Shown here one piece after another: positions 13,640-25,179 of a DNA stretch of 64,000 nt (the first letter of the stretch is position 1; each line of letters begins with the position of its first letter). The notes below the pieces were generated by a model. That model worked only from the letters and a program-made list of their open reading frames with translations, did not search any database and was not told the origin of the DNA. Where the stretch lies: positions 14,552,898 through 14,616,897 of the forward strand of contig CM082578.2 in the NCBI GenBank assembly GCA_040954595.2, read 5' to 3'. The position numbers and the translations under genes were made by a program. The DNA comes from Balanoglossus misakiensis. Lineage: Eukaryota > Animalia > Hemichordata.

Positions 13640-16143
13640 GTAAGTACCAACCATTGAGACCTGAAAGAACGAACTTCAAATTCTGTACGATACAAATCAG
13701 TGTAGTCCTGCTATTATCGCGGTGGAAGCGCGTCCCATTTTTGTTTCCATGAGCGCGAACGCATTCAGCTCCACCGCGCGACTGATTACTCAAAGGTATG
13801 TTGAAATCTTGATGGGTAATAAATGTGGCTATAATATATCGTAATCTGTCAGAGTTTGTTTGCTCAGTAGTACAGGTCAGAGCGATCTTTGCAATTGAGA
13901 GACGGTACTTTATAGGGTCGGCATCTATCATCGCCCCCCGTTCGTTCGTCGCGTCATTGATATAGACCAACGCGCTCACAACGAGGGCTGTCACTTCATC
14001 TGCTACTCGAATACTTTACCCGAGACGATTCCTCCGATGCCACAGATCTGAAGAATGGATGGGTCACAATAATCATAAATTTTGAAACAATTTGGTGTCG
14101 CTTGGGGCCCATGTGGTGGCAGAACTCCGAGAAGACGGCTCTGCCTGTGCAGACTGACCGATCAGATCGGTTTGAGTTTGAATCGACGCTTAAAAGGTTA
14201 CAAACACCCACGGTTATAATTTTGTTTTATAAACCGCGTTGTTAATTTACCAGGAATTAATTTCTAGTTTTTTTCCGTAAAGGAGGGTACCTGACGCGGT
14301 TAGATCAGCGAGAGTATTCACCGACTCGTTGTACTGTCTACGGTTAATATTTTAGGCGAGAGGTAAGCGTACTGTCCGCAGAGCAGTCGTGTTAGGCCTA
14401 TAGTTCATCATCATTTCTCTGCGTCATGTCAAGGGGACTTCTTTTGACTATGTTATTATTTTAGCCTATTAAATGTTGGGACGTTTCGTCACACTTAGAA
14501 CAGCTCGTATTAATTGGCGATGCAGGGATGTGGGGCGCAGTAGCAGAGAAGTCGGTCGAGTCCACGGTACACAGACCCATATTTTACGCCGAACCTCCAG
14601 TACACACACGTCGTTGCTATAGTGAAGCACGAATTCGCTGGGGCCAAGAGCGGGAAGGGGTGCGATGGCCGGGAGAAGACGTGCATGCCACGGCGTACAA
14701 AGGTGTGAACCTGGTCTAGACGCATCGTTACAATCTACACGTAGAACGGAATGGAACAAACCCCCACACTGTCCAGACACAAACTGACAAATGATCACAT
14801 AACTGTGTAACCCGTCATAAAACACACACACACACACACAACACTGCACCTGTTAACCACGGCGACAAATTCACCCCCCCCCCCCGGTTTTGCATGTTGG
14901 TTAACACAGGTGCTAATAATGTAATGCGTGTAGGATCTATATATTTACATGTAAATAGTGCTAAATGATTCTTTTACAGTTTCTTGCACTCTACGCTGAG
15001 TTTTTGTCCCCACTTGAAGCACGCCCAACCGGTACCACGTTCGAGCGAACAACATTCATTTGGAGATGCAATTCGTCCCGTAAAACAATTTTCACTATTC
15101 TGTTGGTCATCGTTTCGTATTTAATGCAGCAAAGATAAGGCAAAGTCGATTTTCCTTTTCAAAGCGTCGGCCAGGAATTAGATTTTGCATTATGAATACT
15201 AATACAAGTTTTTTTACCACGCTGAAACGCAACTTTAGAATATTTAAAGTTGGCTAAATGTGTACGGGAATATGTAAGGACGATTTTGGCAATTTTACAA
15301 CCGGTGTTCGTAACCCGTTTATAGATCTATAACAGACTCCCCGGTGGACAGGGTATTAAATGGCGTGTTTTCTGTAAGATTTTAATAGAAAAAAGTTATT
15401 CTTATACAGCGCCATACCGCGTTCCATTTAGATTTTATCGTCCTTCGGCTTTTATGGGTGGGTGCATTTTGAGTGCCCCGTGGTTAATTAACCCGGATTA
15501 AAATACAGAAAAGGAAAGAAATTCCAAACATTTATTGACTCTTGTGGTGGCACTGGTAAATTAAAATTATTAAAATTTAAAATACAAACACCTCAGAACG
15601 CTGTTCCTGTTCGTGTAAGACACGTATTCTAGTTAAATAATAACACATGATAGCGAGGGCAATATCACGATTTGACGCCTGCGCAAGGGATGGTGCTCTC
15701 TGACCGTAATATTGATGATGCCCGAGCCGCAGACCCGAGTCTAAACTGAAATGCAAATGGACTTGGAAAATTGAAATTTTAATTTTCTCTATAAATCCCA
15801 TATATATTATTATCCGCACATCTTTATCTCGTTGAATATGCGAGAGTTAGCCCAAAACTCTCGCGTTGGAAAATGGGCGTGGTCATGAAACCTAAAATAA
15901 GACAATTTGTATGGCGGAAGGCTAATTCTGCTTTCGAGCAATTAGAGCCGAACAGCCTTGTACCACAAAATTTATGTTCCCTGGTGAAAACACAAATGTC
16001 TTTATTCTATTTTACAGAGACGATCTTTCAAGACTGGACTTATCAAGCAGTTGAAGCAATCACGACTGACAAGATAGTAGGACCACTGCATAAGTAGAAC
16101 GTGCTTTAAATAGAAGTTTTCGATACAGAGAGCCAGTGCAAAG

Positions 16144-18483
16144 ATGGTAGACACGGTTGTGGACAATAGGTGCACAAATATGCAAGCCAAAATCGATAAA
16201 TATTCCGAAGAGGACAGCAAACCGCTGGATTTGTCGACAAAAACGGAAGTGAGGACCCAGTTGAAAATGACTAACCGCCAGGTGGCGAACAGTGGGCGAG
16301 TCGATTTCGGCGTTGGCGGGCCATCGAGTGAGGGGCCGAGCTTGGAAAGTAAAGAAAGCACAGGTAACGAGTCGAATGGAAAGGATTGTCGGTCCAAAGA
16401 CTTGTCCTTTTTGGCGATGAATCGAACGGATGGGGTTGAGGATTCTGAACATAGGAGATCTTCTGCAGCGCTTGAAAATGGCGGCCGCGACTCGGAGAGC
16501 GGGGCTCATCAGAACGATAGCACCATCGATGCTGTCGCGGGAAATGGATCGCCCTCACTAAAATCAACGCACCAGAACTCCGAAATCAGCTCAAGAAATA
16601 ACCTTTCGAACCCAGAGACCGAGGAGAAGGAAATATTACAGAATGGTTCGGTGAATTCGACTCAACGAAATCAAAGTGCGTCACCAGACATTGAGGTTGG
16701 TGCGCCAGGCTCTTGTTCTTCAGAGACCCCTGCGATGCATTCTCACAGATGCGATTCTTGCCACGCTCCTGACCCGCGGGAACGTAACTTTCCAGTCGAT
16801 CGTGGACAAAACACCCGAGATTGGCGGCACGACTATTTCCACCTGAATGGTGCGGGAGCTTTTCCTCCCCGTGAGCTGTATCACCCTCATTTTCACAGGG
16901 ACGCGGGGGATGCATCGGGTATGACTCGAATGCTAGCCCGAGATCCGCTGATGTGCGCCGCAGTCGACTCGATGAACGGAATTCGCGGCACCTACCATCA
17001 AGCGCACGAGATAGAACTGCCCGAACACTATCCATACCACGAAATTACGCGACCGACTACCGCATTCGGAAGACACTTTCCCGCCAACAATAACCACAGC
17101 GGTGGGACATTACAGCAAAGAGTACATGAACAAATTTTGAAGAGGTTAAGTCTTCTTCACAACGGTGAAAATGGCTTCAGAAACGCGATGGGGACAGCGG
17201 AGCCGAGTGGGAACACTGAAAGAAATCTGCAAAATGTGAGCAACGCAAATTATGGGAAAAACAAGATCTCTGAGAAAGATGCTAAACTTCTGCTTGCCAT
17301 TTTGAAACGTGAGCAAGGAACAATTCGACTTTTGGAGAGTTTTGAAAGAGAGTACATCGCTAAGTACGGTACTTTGCCGTCCAATACTGACGACATTTTC
17401 AGAAGTCGCCCCGCTAGGGTTAGTCCATATTATGGCTTGCCGCTACCGAACGAAAGAAACAGTTCGTCCTTCCCGGCGAGGCCAAGAGTCCCTTTAGCGT
17501 ACCTACCGACCTGCTGGTGTCAATCATCGCGCCCCCAAACGACTTACGTGGGTCAACGACTGCAATGCCAGAGCAACTGCTGCCCGTACGATTATGATGC
17601 GCGATACCGAACGGGCATGATGGAAGCGGCTGATACGCATCCCAGTCACGGTGACGAGCAAACCATGAGACGGGTTGCTCCAATCGGCCTAAGGGATATA
17701 AGTGCGCCCTCCTTTGTCGCCGATCCAAGATCAAAGAAAGACGAGCGGATCACAACGGATACCAAAGCTCCGTCCTCGGTCGCGGCGCGGTGTACACCAC
17801 CGTTTCTGAATGCCGTGCCCCCTGTTCCAATCATCGACAAGTCTTCGAGTATTTTGGAGCAAATCGATCAAATGAGCAAATCGAAACTGGCAGAACTCCA
17901 ACGGAACTGGGTTTACGACATGAATAATGACGACAGCAAATCGTCGTCCTTTCGCCAGCGGCGAAGCGACGAAAACACCCCCCATAGAAACATTTCGACG
18001 AATCCTGCAAAATCGGAAAAGTCAGAAAAGACAGCAGAGAAAAGTGCAACCAGAAACGGCGACACAGTTTCACAAGAACAACACGGTGTGAAAACGCCTC
18101 AAGAGAAGCGATCGACTCTCAGTGAAATCGGGGATATTATTCGGTCTCGTTCGCGCTCTCTGGCTTTATCGGCAAAACGACCGAGCTCAGGTCCGGACAG
18201 TCATGCGCCGAACCCAAAACGAATGGCCCAGACTCATTCCCAGTCTGGACACTTGGGGGACAAGCCGGAATTCCAGCTCTTCAGTGAAGCCGTAAGGAAC
18301 GAAAACCCCGCTATTTCAAAGTTGCTTTTCAGCGTTCATGAGAACTCCGCTTCAATGACCCCCGCTAGTACCGCAACACAACAAGGCAGGCGTGTACCAG
18401 TGCATGTTCTGACATTCGATACGGAATGCCAGGAGACAGTCGCCTGTGCTTGCAGGAAAACACTAACAGGCGCAAAGCAGTGA
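16144..18483 (+). CDS. Uncharacterised 779-aa protein, single coding exon, largely low-complexity/disordered, with N-terminal PLDLS (CtBP-binding type) motif
   Basis: Uninterrupted 2340-bp ORF, GC-richer than its flanks, in a good Kozak context (aagATGg). Splice acceptor upstream and AATAAA at 18853. I recognise no globular domain or transposon domain. Confidence 0.8.
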   Translation: MVDTVVDNRCTNMQAKIDKYSEEDSKPLDLSTKTEVRTQLKMTNRQVANSGRVDFGVGGPSSEGPSLESKESTGNESNGKDCRSKDLSFLAMNRTDGVEDSEHRRSSAALENGGRDSESGAHQNDSTIDAVAGNGSPSLKSTHQNSEISSRNNLSNPETEEKEILQNGSVNSTQRNQSASPDIEVGAPGSCSSETPAMHSHRCDSCHAPDPRERNFPVDRGQNTRDWRHDYFHLNGAGAFPPRELYHPHFHRDAGDASGMTRMLARDPLMCAAVDSMNGIRGTYHQAHEIELPEHYPYHEITRPTTAFGRHFPANNNHSGGTLQQRVHEQILKRLSLLHNGENGFRNAMGTAEPSGNTERNLQNVSNANYGKNKISEKDAKLLLAILKREQGTIRLLESFEREYIAKYGTLPSNTDDIFRSRPARVSPYYGLPLPNERNSSSFPARPRVPLAYLPTCWCQSSRPQTTYVGQRLQCQSNCCPYDYDARYRTGMMEAADTHPSHGDEQTMRRVAPIGLRDISAPSFVADPRSKKDERITTDTKAPSSVAARCTPPFLNAVPPVPIIDKSSSILEQIDQMSKSKLAELQRNWVYDMNNDDSKSSSFRQRRSDENTPHRNISTNPAKSEKSEKTAEKSATRNGDTVSQEQHGVKTPQEKRSTLSEIGDIIRSRSRSLALSAKRPSSGPDSHAPNPKRMAQTHSQSGHLGDKPEFQLFSEAVRNENPAISKLLFSVHENSASMTPASTATQQGRRVPVHVLTFDTECQETVACACRKTLTGAKQ

Positions 18484-18852
18484 GGGCACGGACTGGTGAC
18501 AATTTTTTTTATCGTATGCTGTTAATCAAACGCTCTAGACAATAGAATCGGCCAAGTTTACGGCAAGAGAGGAAGAGGGAGGGGGAGTGAGAGAATGAGA
18601 GAGAGAGGGAGAGGGAGAATAAGAGAGAGATAATTGCTTTAAATTTAAATTAGAAGTTAGAATGTTAGCGAAGTCTTCAGTTGAATTGCTAGATACTATT
18701 TATATACCCTGGATATAACAAATGTAAGCTTTACAAGAGTCGTAAGTTTTATTCATTTTTTTCACTTTTGGGACTATTTATCTTCATAGTGTTCTGCGCA
18801 TGACCTGTTATTGCTTTTCATACATGTATGTCTTGATATTGTCTTCTGACTG

Positions 18853-18858
18853 AATAAA
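18853..18858 (+). terminator. Polyadenylation signal of the orphan gene
   Basis: AATAAA 370 nt after the stop codon, followed by T/GT-rich sequence. Confidence 0.5.
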
Positions 18859-19332
18859 AAACTGGGAAAAATGATTGTTTTGCTCTATGTCTCATGCCTA
18901 TTGTGGGTCGGTCTCAAGCTCTTGAGATTAGTATGGCAACTCAAACATTTTTATTCTATTGTTTTTGAGTGGGTGGATATTATGCGAACAACCCCCAAAT
19001 CCAAGTAACGCAACTACTTACCTTGTTTAACGTCTCGATCTTATGCCATTGTATCTGATAGAACTCTGATTACAGTCTGTTTTTGTTTGTCTTCTCTTTG
19101 TTAATATTTTCTGTTGCATCACTTATCATTGGGTGAATACTAATTAAAGTTGAGAATGTTATTGGACAATATTGTGACCTTCAAGATATCGTATACTTCG
19201 GTAAATGCAATCACACCGATTTGAAGTGTATGTATACGTCATCTCTCACGTCATTGATACTGTGCGTACGGCGCTTTATAGGAATCTACGCCAACGTCGA
19301 AGTTAGCATTTGCCAGTGAGATTATTATTGAA

Positions 19333-22300
19333 ATGGCATTGTTAACCCGTTGTGTCGGTTTCTGGTTGTTATGCGGTATTGTCATGATGACAACAGCGAA
19401 TCGCAATCCGGTTCACCTGACAGACAACATATATTCTACTGTCTTGGTTGCTATCAATGAAAATGTGCCGGAGGACCATCGCCTGATCGATAATATCAAG
19501 GTAAAGACAGAAATGTCGATCCGTCGAACCATTTTTGACACATGATCTTTATAGATAGAGTCTGTAAAGTCTAAAACCAAAATCGACACGAGAATGGCAG
19601 CCTAAGTCCATTTGCCAAGGTGGTGGCGCTGCATGTTACACGTACATCCAGGACTCTTTTGTCGAATTTGTATTTCTCGTCAAAGACTGCTGGTGGAAAC
19701 TTCCACAAATTGTACATTTTCGTAAAGCTGAAAACGGCCTACTTTTTTCAAACTGATCACAACCACATCTTGCTTTGAGTACGTTTTTGACAGAGAAAAT
19801 ATTTTTTATTTACGATATAGAATCAAAGATTACAGTTTCTGATGATTCCGACGCTGACCATTCTGTCATGTTCAGGGTCTGCTACTGTGAGGAAACGTCA
19901 TCCGTCTTTATGACTTGACAATATTAGATCGTTCACAATCAGAAATCACCTATTGTAATCGTGATAACAATGACATGTCATGTTTGACCAGCAAACAATA
20001 TCTTTTCTGTTCTTTGGGGTAAAGTTCAAGCAAACCGAATATATTCTCTGTATATTAAATCAGCTGTATTGCGTATGAGGACACTTTATTCTTACTATAT
20101 ACCAAACTCACTAATGTAGTATTTTAGATGGATATATCATGGACAGTTTCATAGTGACGACGATAATGCCTTGAACCATGCTGCATTGCAAATAAGTCTA
20201 CCAAAGAAATCCGCCGTTGAAAATCGTAATGAGCTCTGCCCCATGCCAAGTTTACCAATCTAATCTGTTGATAGTCCGAACTAATTGCATTCAAATGTGG
20301 AAACTAATACGGGTTTATAATAGCTAACTCGCGGTGTCTACTCCGGATTAAAACAAATTACATGGTAATTCCAAGATAAATCATTACAATCAGTGAGGTG
20401 ATTGGGGTAGATTTCATCAACGTTTACTCAAGCGTCAGAAATACTCAAGGAATTCGCCATCATACCTGCCCCTCCCCTCTTCTCTTCAATAGGATATATT
20501 TACAGGTGCTTCAGCGCGTCTGTACGAAGCAACCAATCAGCGTGCTCGCTTTGGTAACATCACCATTCTAATACCGAAGACTTGGAGCGACAACATTACG
20601 TCATTGAGAGCCAACACAGAGAGATACGACATTGCCAATGTCATTGTTGACCATGAAAATCCAGATTATGGCGACAACCCATATGCTAAGCAACCCTATG
20701 GATGTGGAGAAAAGGCAGAATATGTACATTTGACTCCAAAGTGGATAGTGGACCGAGAATACTCGCTCTGGTATTGGGGTGACTCCGGTAATTATGAAAA
20801 TCAGCTCGTTAACGTTCATGATAGATTGGCCTTCACAAACGTGTCTAATTTTGCAACTTTGGACCACAAACCGTTACGACATAAGAAACTGAAAAGGCGT
20901 AAATGTGGTATATGCCGCTTTCCTCACGTACAGTTCCAGTAGTGTCTTTTCTACGATGATCTCAAGCAGTTTCGTAACGTTCTTAATATAGCCTCACGTA
21001 CGCCTATAGTGGGCGCTCGATTTTCCAATGAGTCATTGTCCGTGCGAAGGAACGTCCACAGGCAAACGTTTATTTGCGCTTTCGCTGTGCTATGTTTTGC
21101 TTTCATTGTCATGATACAAATGCATTCCAATTAAACTGTTATACCGCCTCTTTTCTCTCAAACACTGACCATCCAAGGTAAAGTTATAGTTCACGAGTGG
21201 GGCCATCTACAATGGGGCCTCTTCGACGAATATCCCATTGAAGAAGGCGGCTATTTCTACTTAGACCCAAATGGCCGGGTTGAACCTACCAGATGTTCTC
21301 AATCCATCACTGGTATCTCTCTTGACATCAACAACGGCTGGAAGGCTTGCAACACTGATCCCGATTCTGGAATACTACCAGATCCTGGCTGTATGTTTTT
21401 CCCGGATCTAGACAACGATGGTACAGGAGGTTACATGTACGCGAATTATCTGGATAGTGTAAGTGGGTTCTGTCATGTAATCATTCAGTGCGACCATTTC
21501 ATCCTGTCACCCCCAGTTTCCTATATAGAGGTCCAGTTTACCATAGAAAACAATACATTTGGACCAAACCATTGTGGCTAAAGGGTTAAATCAACGATAC
21601 AGACGGAACGTAATGGTCCCATCTCGAAGTCAATTATTCACAGGGCCAATCTAAATTTATAACGTGATTACTTTGATATAAACTTGTCTCCTACAGGTGG
21701 TTGCATTCTGCCATGACGATCCAGACAGAGACGTAGCGTCAAAGCACAATCGTTTTTCACCAAACAAGCACAACAAAGAATGTGATTATAGAAGTGCTTG
21801 GGATATCATGAATTCTTCAGAGGACTTCCGTGACTCCAATCCACCGCAGCCAAATATGGACACCGAACCAACATTTAAAGTGGTCAGAGAAGCTGAATTT
21901 CGATCGGTTTTAGTTCTGGATCTTTCAAACAGTATGAGGAATAAGGTGAGTGCGATATCATTATAAATTTAGCAATCATTTTGTTTTTGTGTAAATTTAT
22001 CAATACTATTATATACTTGGTTAAAGTGTGTGTGCAATTTTGAACTATTCGATCGATTTTACTTCTGATTCGACTAAATTTTAAGAAGCATGCAAAATCA
22101 TTTGCAAGAAATAAGTGAACACAATGTAATTATTATTTTTGCAACCGTATGTTGGCGCTGTTACAGAATGACCGGGTTTACAAACAACAACGAGCTGTTG
22201 CAACCTATATTGGCTCCACAGTTCCCCAAAACAGTTGGGTTGGCATCGTTGAGTTCAGTGATACTGGGAGGGAAATTGCACCTTTGACACAGATTGTAGA

Positions 22301-25179
22301 TGACCAAACTCGCCTGGATCTGATAGCCATGATACCTACAGAAACAACGCTTAAAACGTGCATCGGTTGTGGATTACTGACAGGAATTGAGGTAGGTTAC
22401 TTTGTGAATACCGTGTCTCGCTTTCCAGATCTCGTTTTCGCTTATGCATAGTGCGCCGCTGGCGGTGGGGCCTTGCGAGGAGCAGAGTGACCAGCCTGAG
22501 TCGCGAGCGAGTCTCTCTCGTCGCTTCGCCCCACGCCATGTCCTACCGCTAGCATTTGACCGTATACTCTTTGGCGGGGGATTCATTGCTGTCTGGTTTC
22601 AACCTGCAGGTTCTTGAAAATAGTACTTTTGGAGACGCTGCGGGCGGAATCCTGTTCCTCACAACAGATGGCAAAGAAACTATTGGACCACGCATCGGTG
22701 ACGTCACTCCTGAATTGATTGCCAAAGAAGTTATCGTCGACACACTGGCATTTAGCGATGCCGCCGACCCTGCATTAGTTCAGTTGTCAGAAGACACAGG
22801 AGGGATAGCGTGTTGGTATTCAGAGAGTGACGATTCTACAGCTGTAAATGATTGCTTTGCTACTTCCGTGACAAACAGAATAAGTTCTGGCCAAGATACC
22901 CTTGTCCAGGTAATGTGTTTTCTCTCTCTCAAAGTTTTACAAACTGGATCGATCAAATAGCTGTAAAGTTTCAAGAATAGTGGGGCTACCTTCCATTCTG
23001 ACCCTAACATAAAACGTGAAGTGTTTTTCCTTTGTTTGTAAACACTCATCTCAGAAGGTTTAGTGTAAATTTTGTAAAAAAAGTTACATTAGATGTAGAG
23101 ACAATAAATGATTAACAAGAGCACATTTCTACTTTCAGCTCACGAGTGGCATCGTGAAAATTGAAGGAGGCGATACCTTTACTGACCACGTGTACATTGA
23201 CTCCACCATTGGAAAAGATACTACATTTTCCTTCTTCTGGGAGTTCGGGAAAGCTACAATTACGGTTTCCATGACTACACCTGGCGGTACCGTAATTGAC
23301 AGCAATGATGGCCAGTATTACGGCAAATTGACCAACAACACAATTATGGTGAAAGTGAACGGAGTAGCCGAGGTTGGTAATGTTGAATATATGTATGCAT
23401 TTTAATTAATCATAATATCCAAAATGTCCGTCACCAATTGATATACATGCATCATTTGCCGTACTTACAGACTGGGGCCTGGACCTATACAATTCACAAC
23501 CCAGACAGCAGAGCACAGTCGGTAGAAATATCAATCACCTCTAAAGCAGCAGATTCATCATTTAGTCCAATCAGACTAAGTTCTGTGCCAGGCACAACTT
23601 CTGTAACTGTATCTCCACCAATGGTACCCATCTATGCTGATCTTAACCAAGGACATAGTCCTGTGCTAAACGCCGTAGTTATCGCCACCATAGAAAGACC
23701 CAGTCCTCACAGCAGTGTGGACCTACAACTATTCGACACAGGAACAGGTAGGGTATTTTAAATGCATCAATAACTGATATAAAGTAATTAAAGCATCTTC
23801 GCAATCAATTTGTGTTAATCTAAAACATGCAGTCATGATTATATTTATCCAAAGTATGTGTTGCATTGTATCATAGGTGCCGACGTCACAAAAGATGACG
23901 GAATTTATTCTGGGTATTTCATCGACTTCGTCAACGCCACATGTGCTACAGCTTGTCGTTACAATCTAAAGACGACGGCAAACGACACAGATGGTGCTGC
24001 TGAGTTGAGGGTGACTGGTCGTTTTGGCGCTCTGCCAAGAAACTACTGTAAGTATAAGTGCATAGAGCAAACAATCCTACACCCTGCCCAGCTACGACAG
24101 GGAGGAATAAGGTTTTCTCGGCTATAGGCCTACTTACCATTTATCAGTGCATAGACAATTTAGCTAGTTCGTTAAAATAATGGCAAGTTTTTTTTCTTGA
24201 AATGCCATTCAAGAAGAACAGATCGAGTACTTCTCCATGTCGTGTTATTTTTGCAGCTGTTATACCAGAGAAAAGAGAAGCAACACCAGTCGGTTCGTTC
24301 AATAGAGTGGCGTCGGGTGGAGTCATACAAGTGGATGATAGTGTCACCTATGTTGATTGGAGTGACCCAAATGATGATCAGTTTCCTCCATCTCGCATCG
24401 CTGATCTACAAGTGGTTGCCACGACTACTGATGATGCCAAGGTCACACTGACATGGACGGCAGCTGGCGATGACCTTGACGTTGGAACAGGTAGGAATGC
24501 CTTGTAAAAGAAATACGGTTAAAGTATTGCAAACATTTACTAGAAAACTCAATAAAACACACATTGCTGATACACGTGTATATTTATTTATTGGTTTTCT
24601 CAAACGTGCATTTACTTTACAGCGTCCAAGTCTGACCTCCGATACGATACTAAGTTTGATACTCTCGCCTACAACTTTGAAAATTGTTCCCAATTCACAA
24701 ATGATAACCTGACAGAAGGAAATCTCACAGACCCTCTCCCAAGCGGTCAACAGGAATTGGTGACTGTAATACTGCCATCTAGCGGTCCAGGCGTCACATA
24801 TTATTTCGCTATTCGAGCCATAGACGACGCCGGCAATACCGGACAGCCTTCGTTCATCGCACAGACCACTGTTGTTGCTTCGCCGCCCGATGAAACCACA
24901 ACTGACTTACCACAGTTTTCGACAAACGAACCTACAACGATCGTGCCAAGCACTGAGCCCATAACGGACACCTACAGCGACATAGGTGGTCTGGAATCAT
25001 GGCAAATCGTTCTAGTCGTGATTGCTTCGTGTATTTGTGTGTTAGTGTCAGCAGCAATCGCTATGGTTGGATACCTATGTTGCAAGAAAGTCAAAGGCCA
25101 AACCAAAGTAACGTCTATTGACATAGAAATGAAAGATAACAGCGTCGAAGAGGGAGATCGAGTTACTTCAGAATGGTAA
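19333..25179 (+). CDS. CLCA: Calcium-activated chloride channel regulator (CLCA) family protein, copy 1; 11 exons (19333-19500, 20493-20787, 21178-21458, 21697-21945, 22167-22391, 22610-22909, 23139-23372, 23471-23747, 23877-24047, 24257-24490, 24623-25179), 996 aa
   Basis: Signal peptide; AINENVPED; DNPYAKQPYGCGEKAEYVHLTP; HEWGHLQWGLFDEY metalloprotease motif; vWA MIDAS VLDLSNSM...TCIGCGL...LTTDG; IDSTIGKDTTF; DTGTGADVTKDDGIYSGYF; FnIII FPPSRIADL...LTWTAAGDDLDVG; YYFAIRAID; Thr/Pro stalk and C-terminal TM helix. Exon lengths sum to 2991 nt, in frame. Confidence 0.96.
21502..21585. mobile_element. ~84-bp MITE, piggyBac-like (copy 2, intron 3 of CLCA copy 1)
   Basis: Aligns with 1711-1795 (cacccccagtt...tagaggtccag...ttaccatagaaaacaat...tttggac...aaaggg) and is followed by TTAA. 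The left end is degenerate (ttca|tcctgtcacc). Confidence 0.7.
22458..22553 (+). other. GC-rich 96-nt fold-back (imperfect palindrome) in intron 5 of CLCA copy 1
   Basis: GCTGGCGGTGGGGC pairs fully with GTCCTACCGCTAGC (14 bp, 3 G-U), and pairing continues collinearly for ~34 bp. Confidence 0.75.

Noticed and set aside
5500-15900. Many 60-130 aa ORFs and isolated donor-like sites (9356, 14363)
   Set aside because: No domain motifs and no consistent exon chain; lengths fit chance. Alternative first exons or old transposon fragments cannot be excluded.
16002-18073. Antisense and alternate-frame ORFs within the 779-aa gene
   Set aside because: Shadow ORFs of a GC-richer coding exon, with no recognisable motifs.
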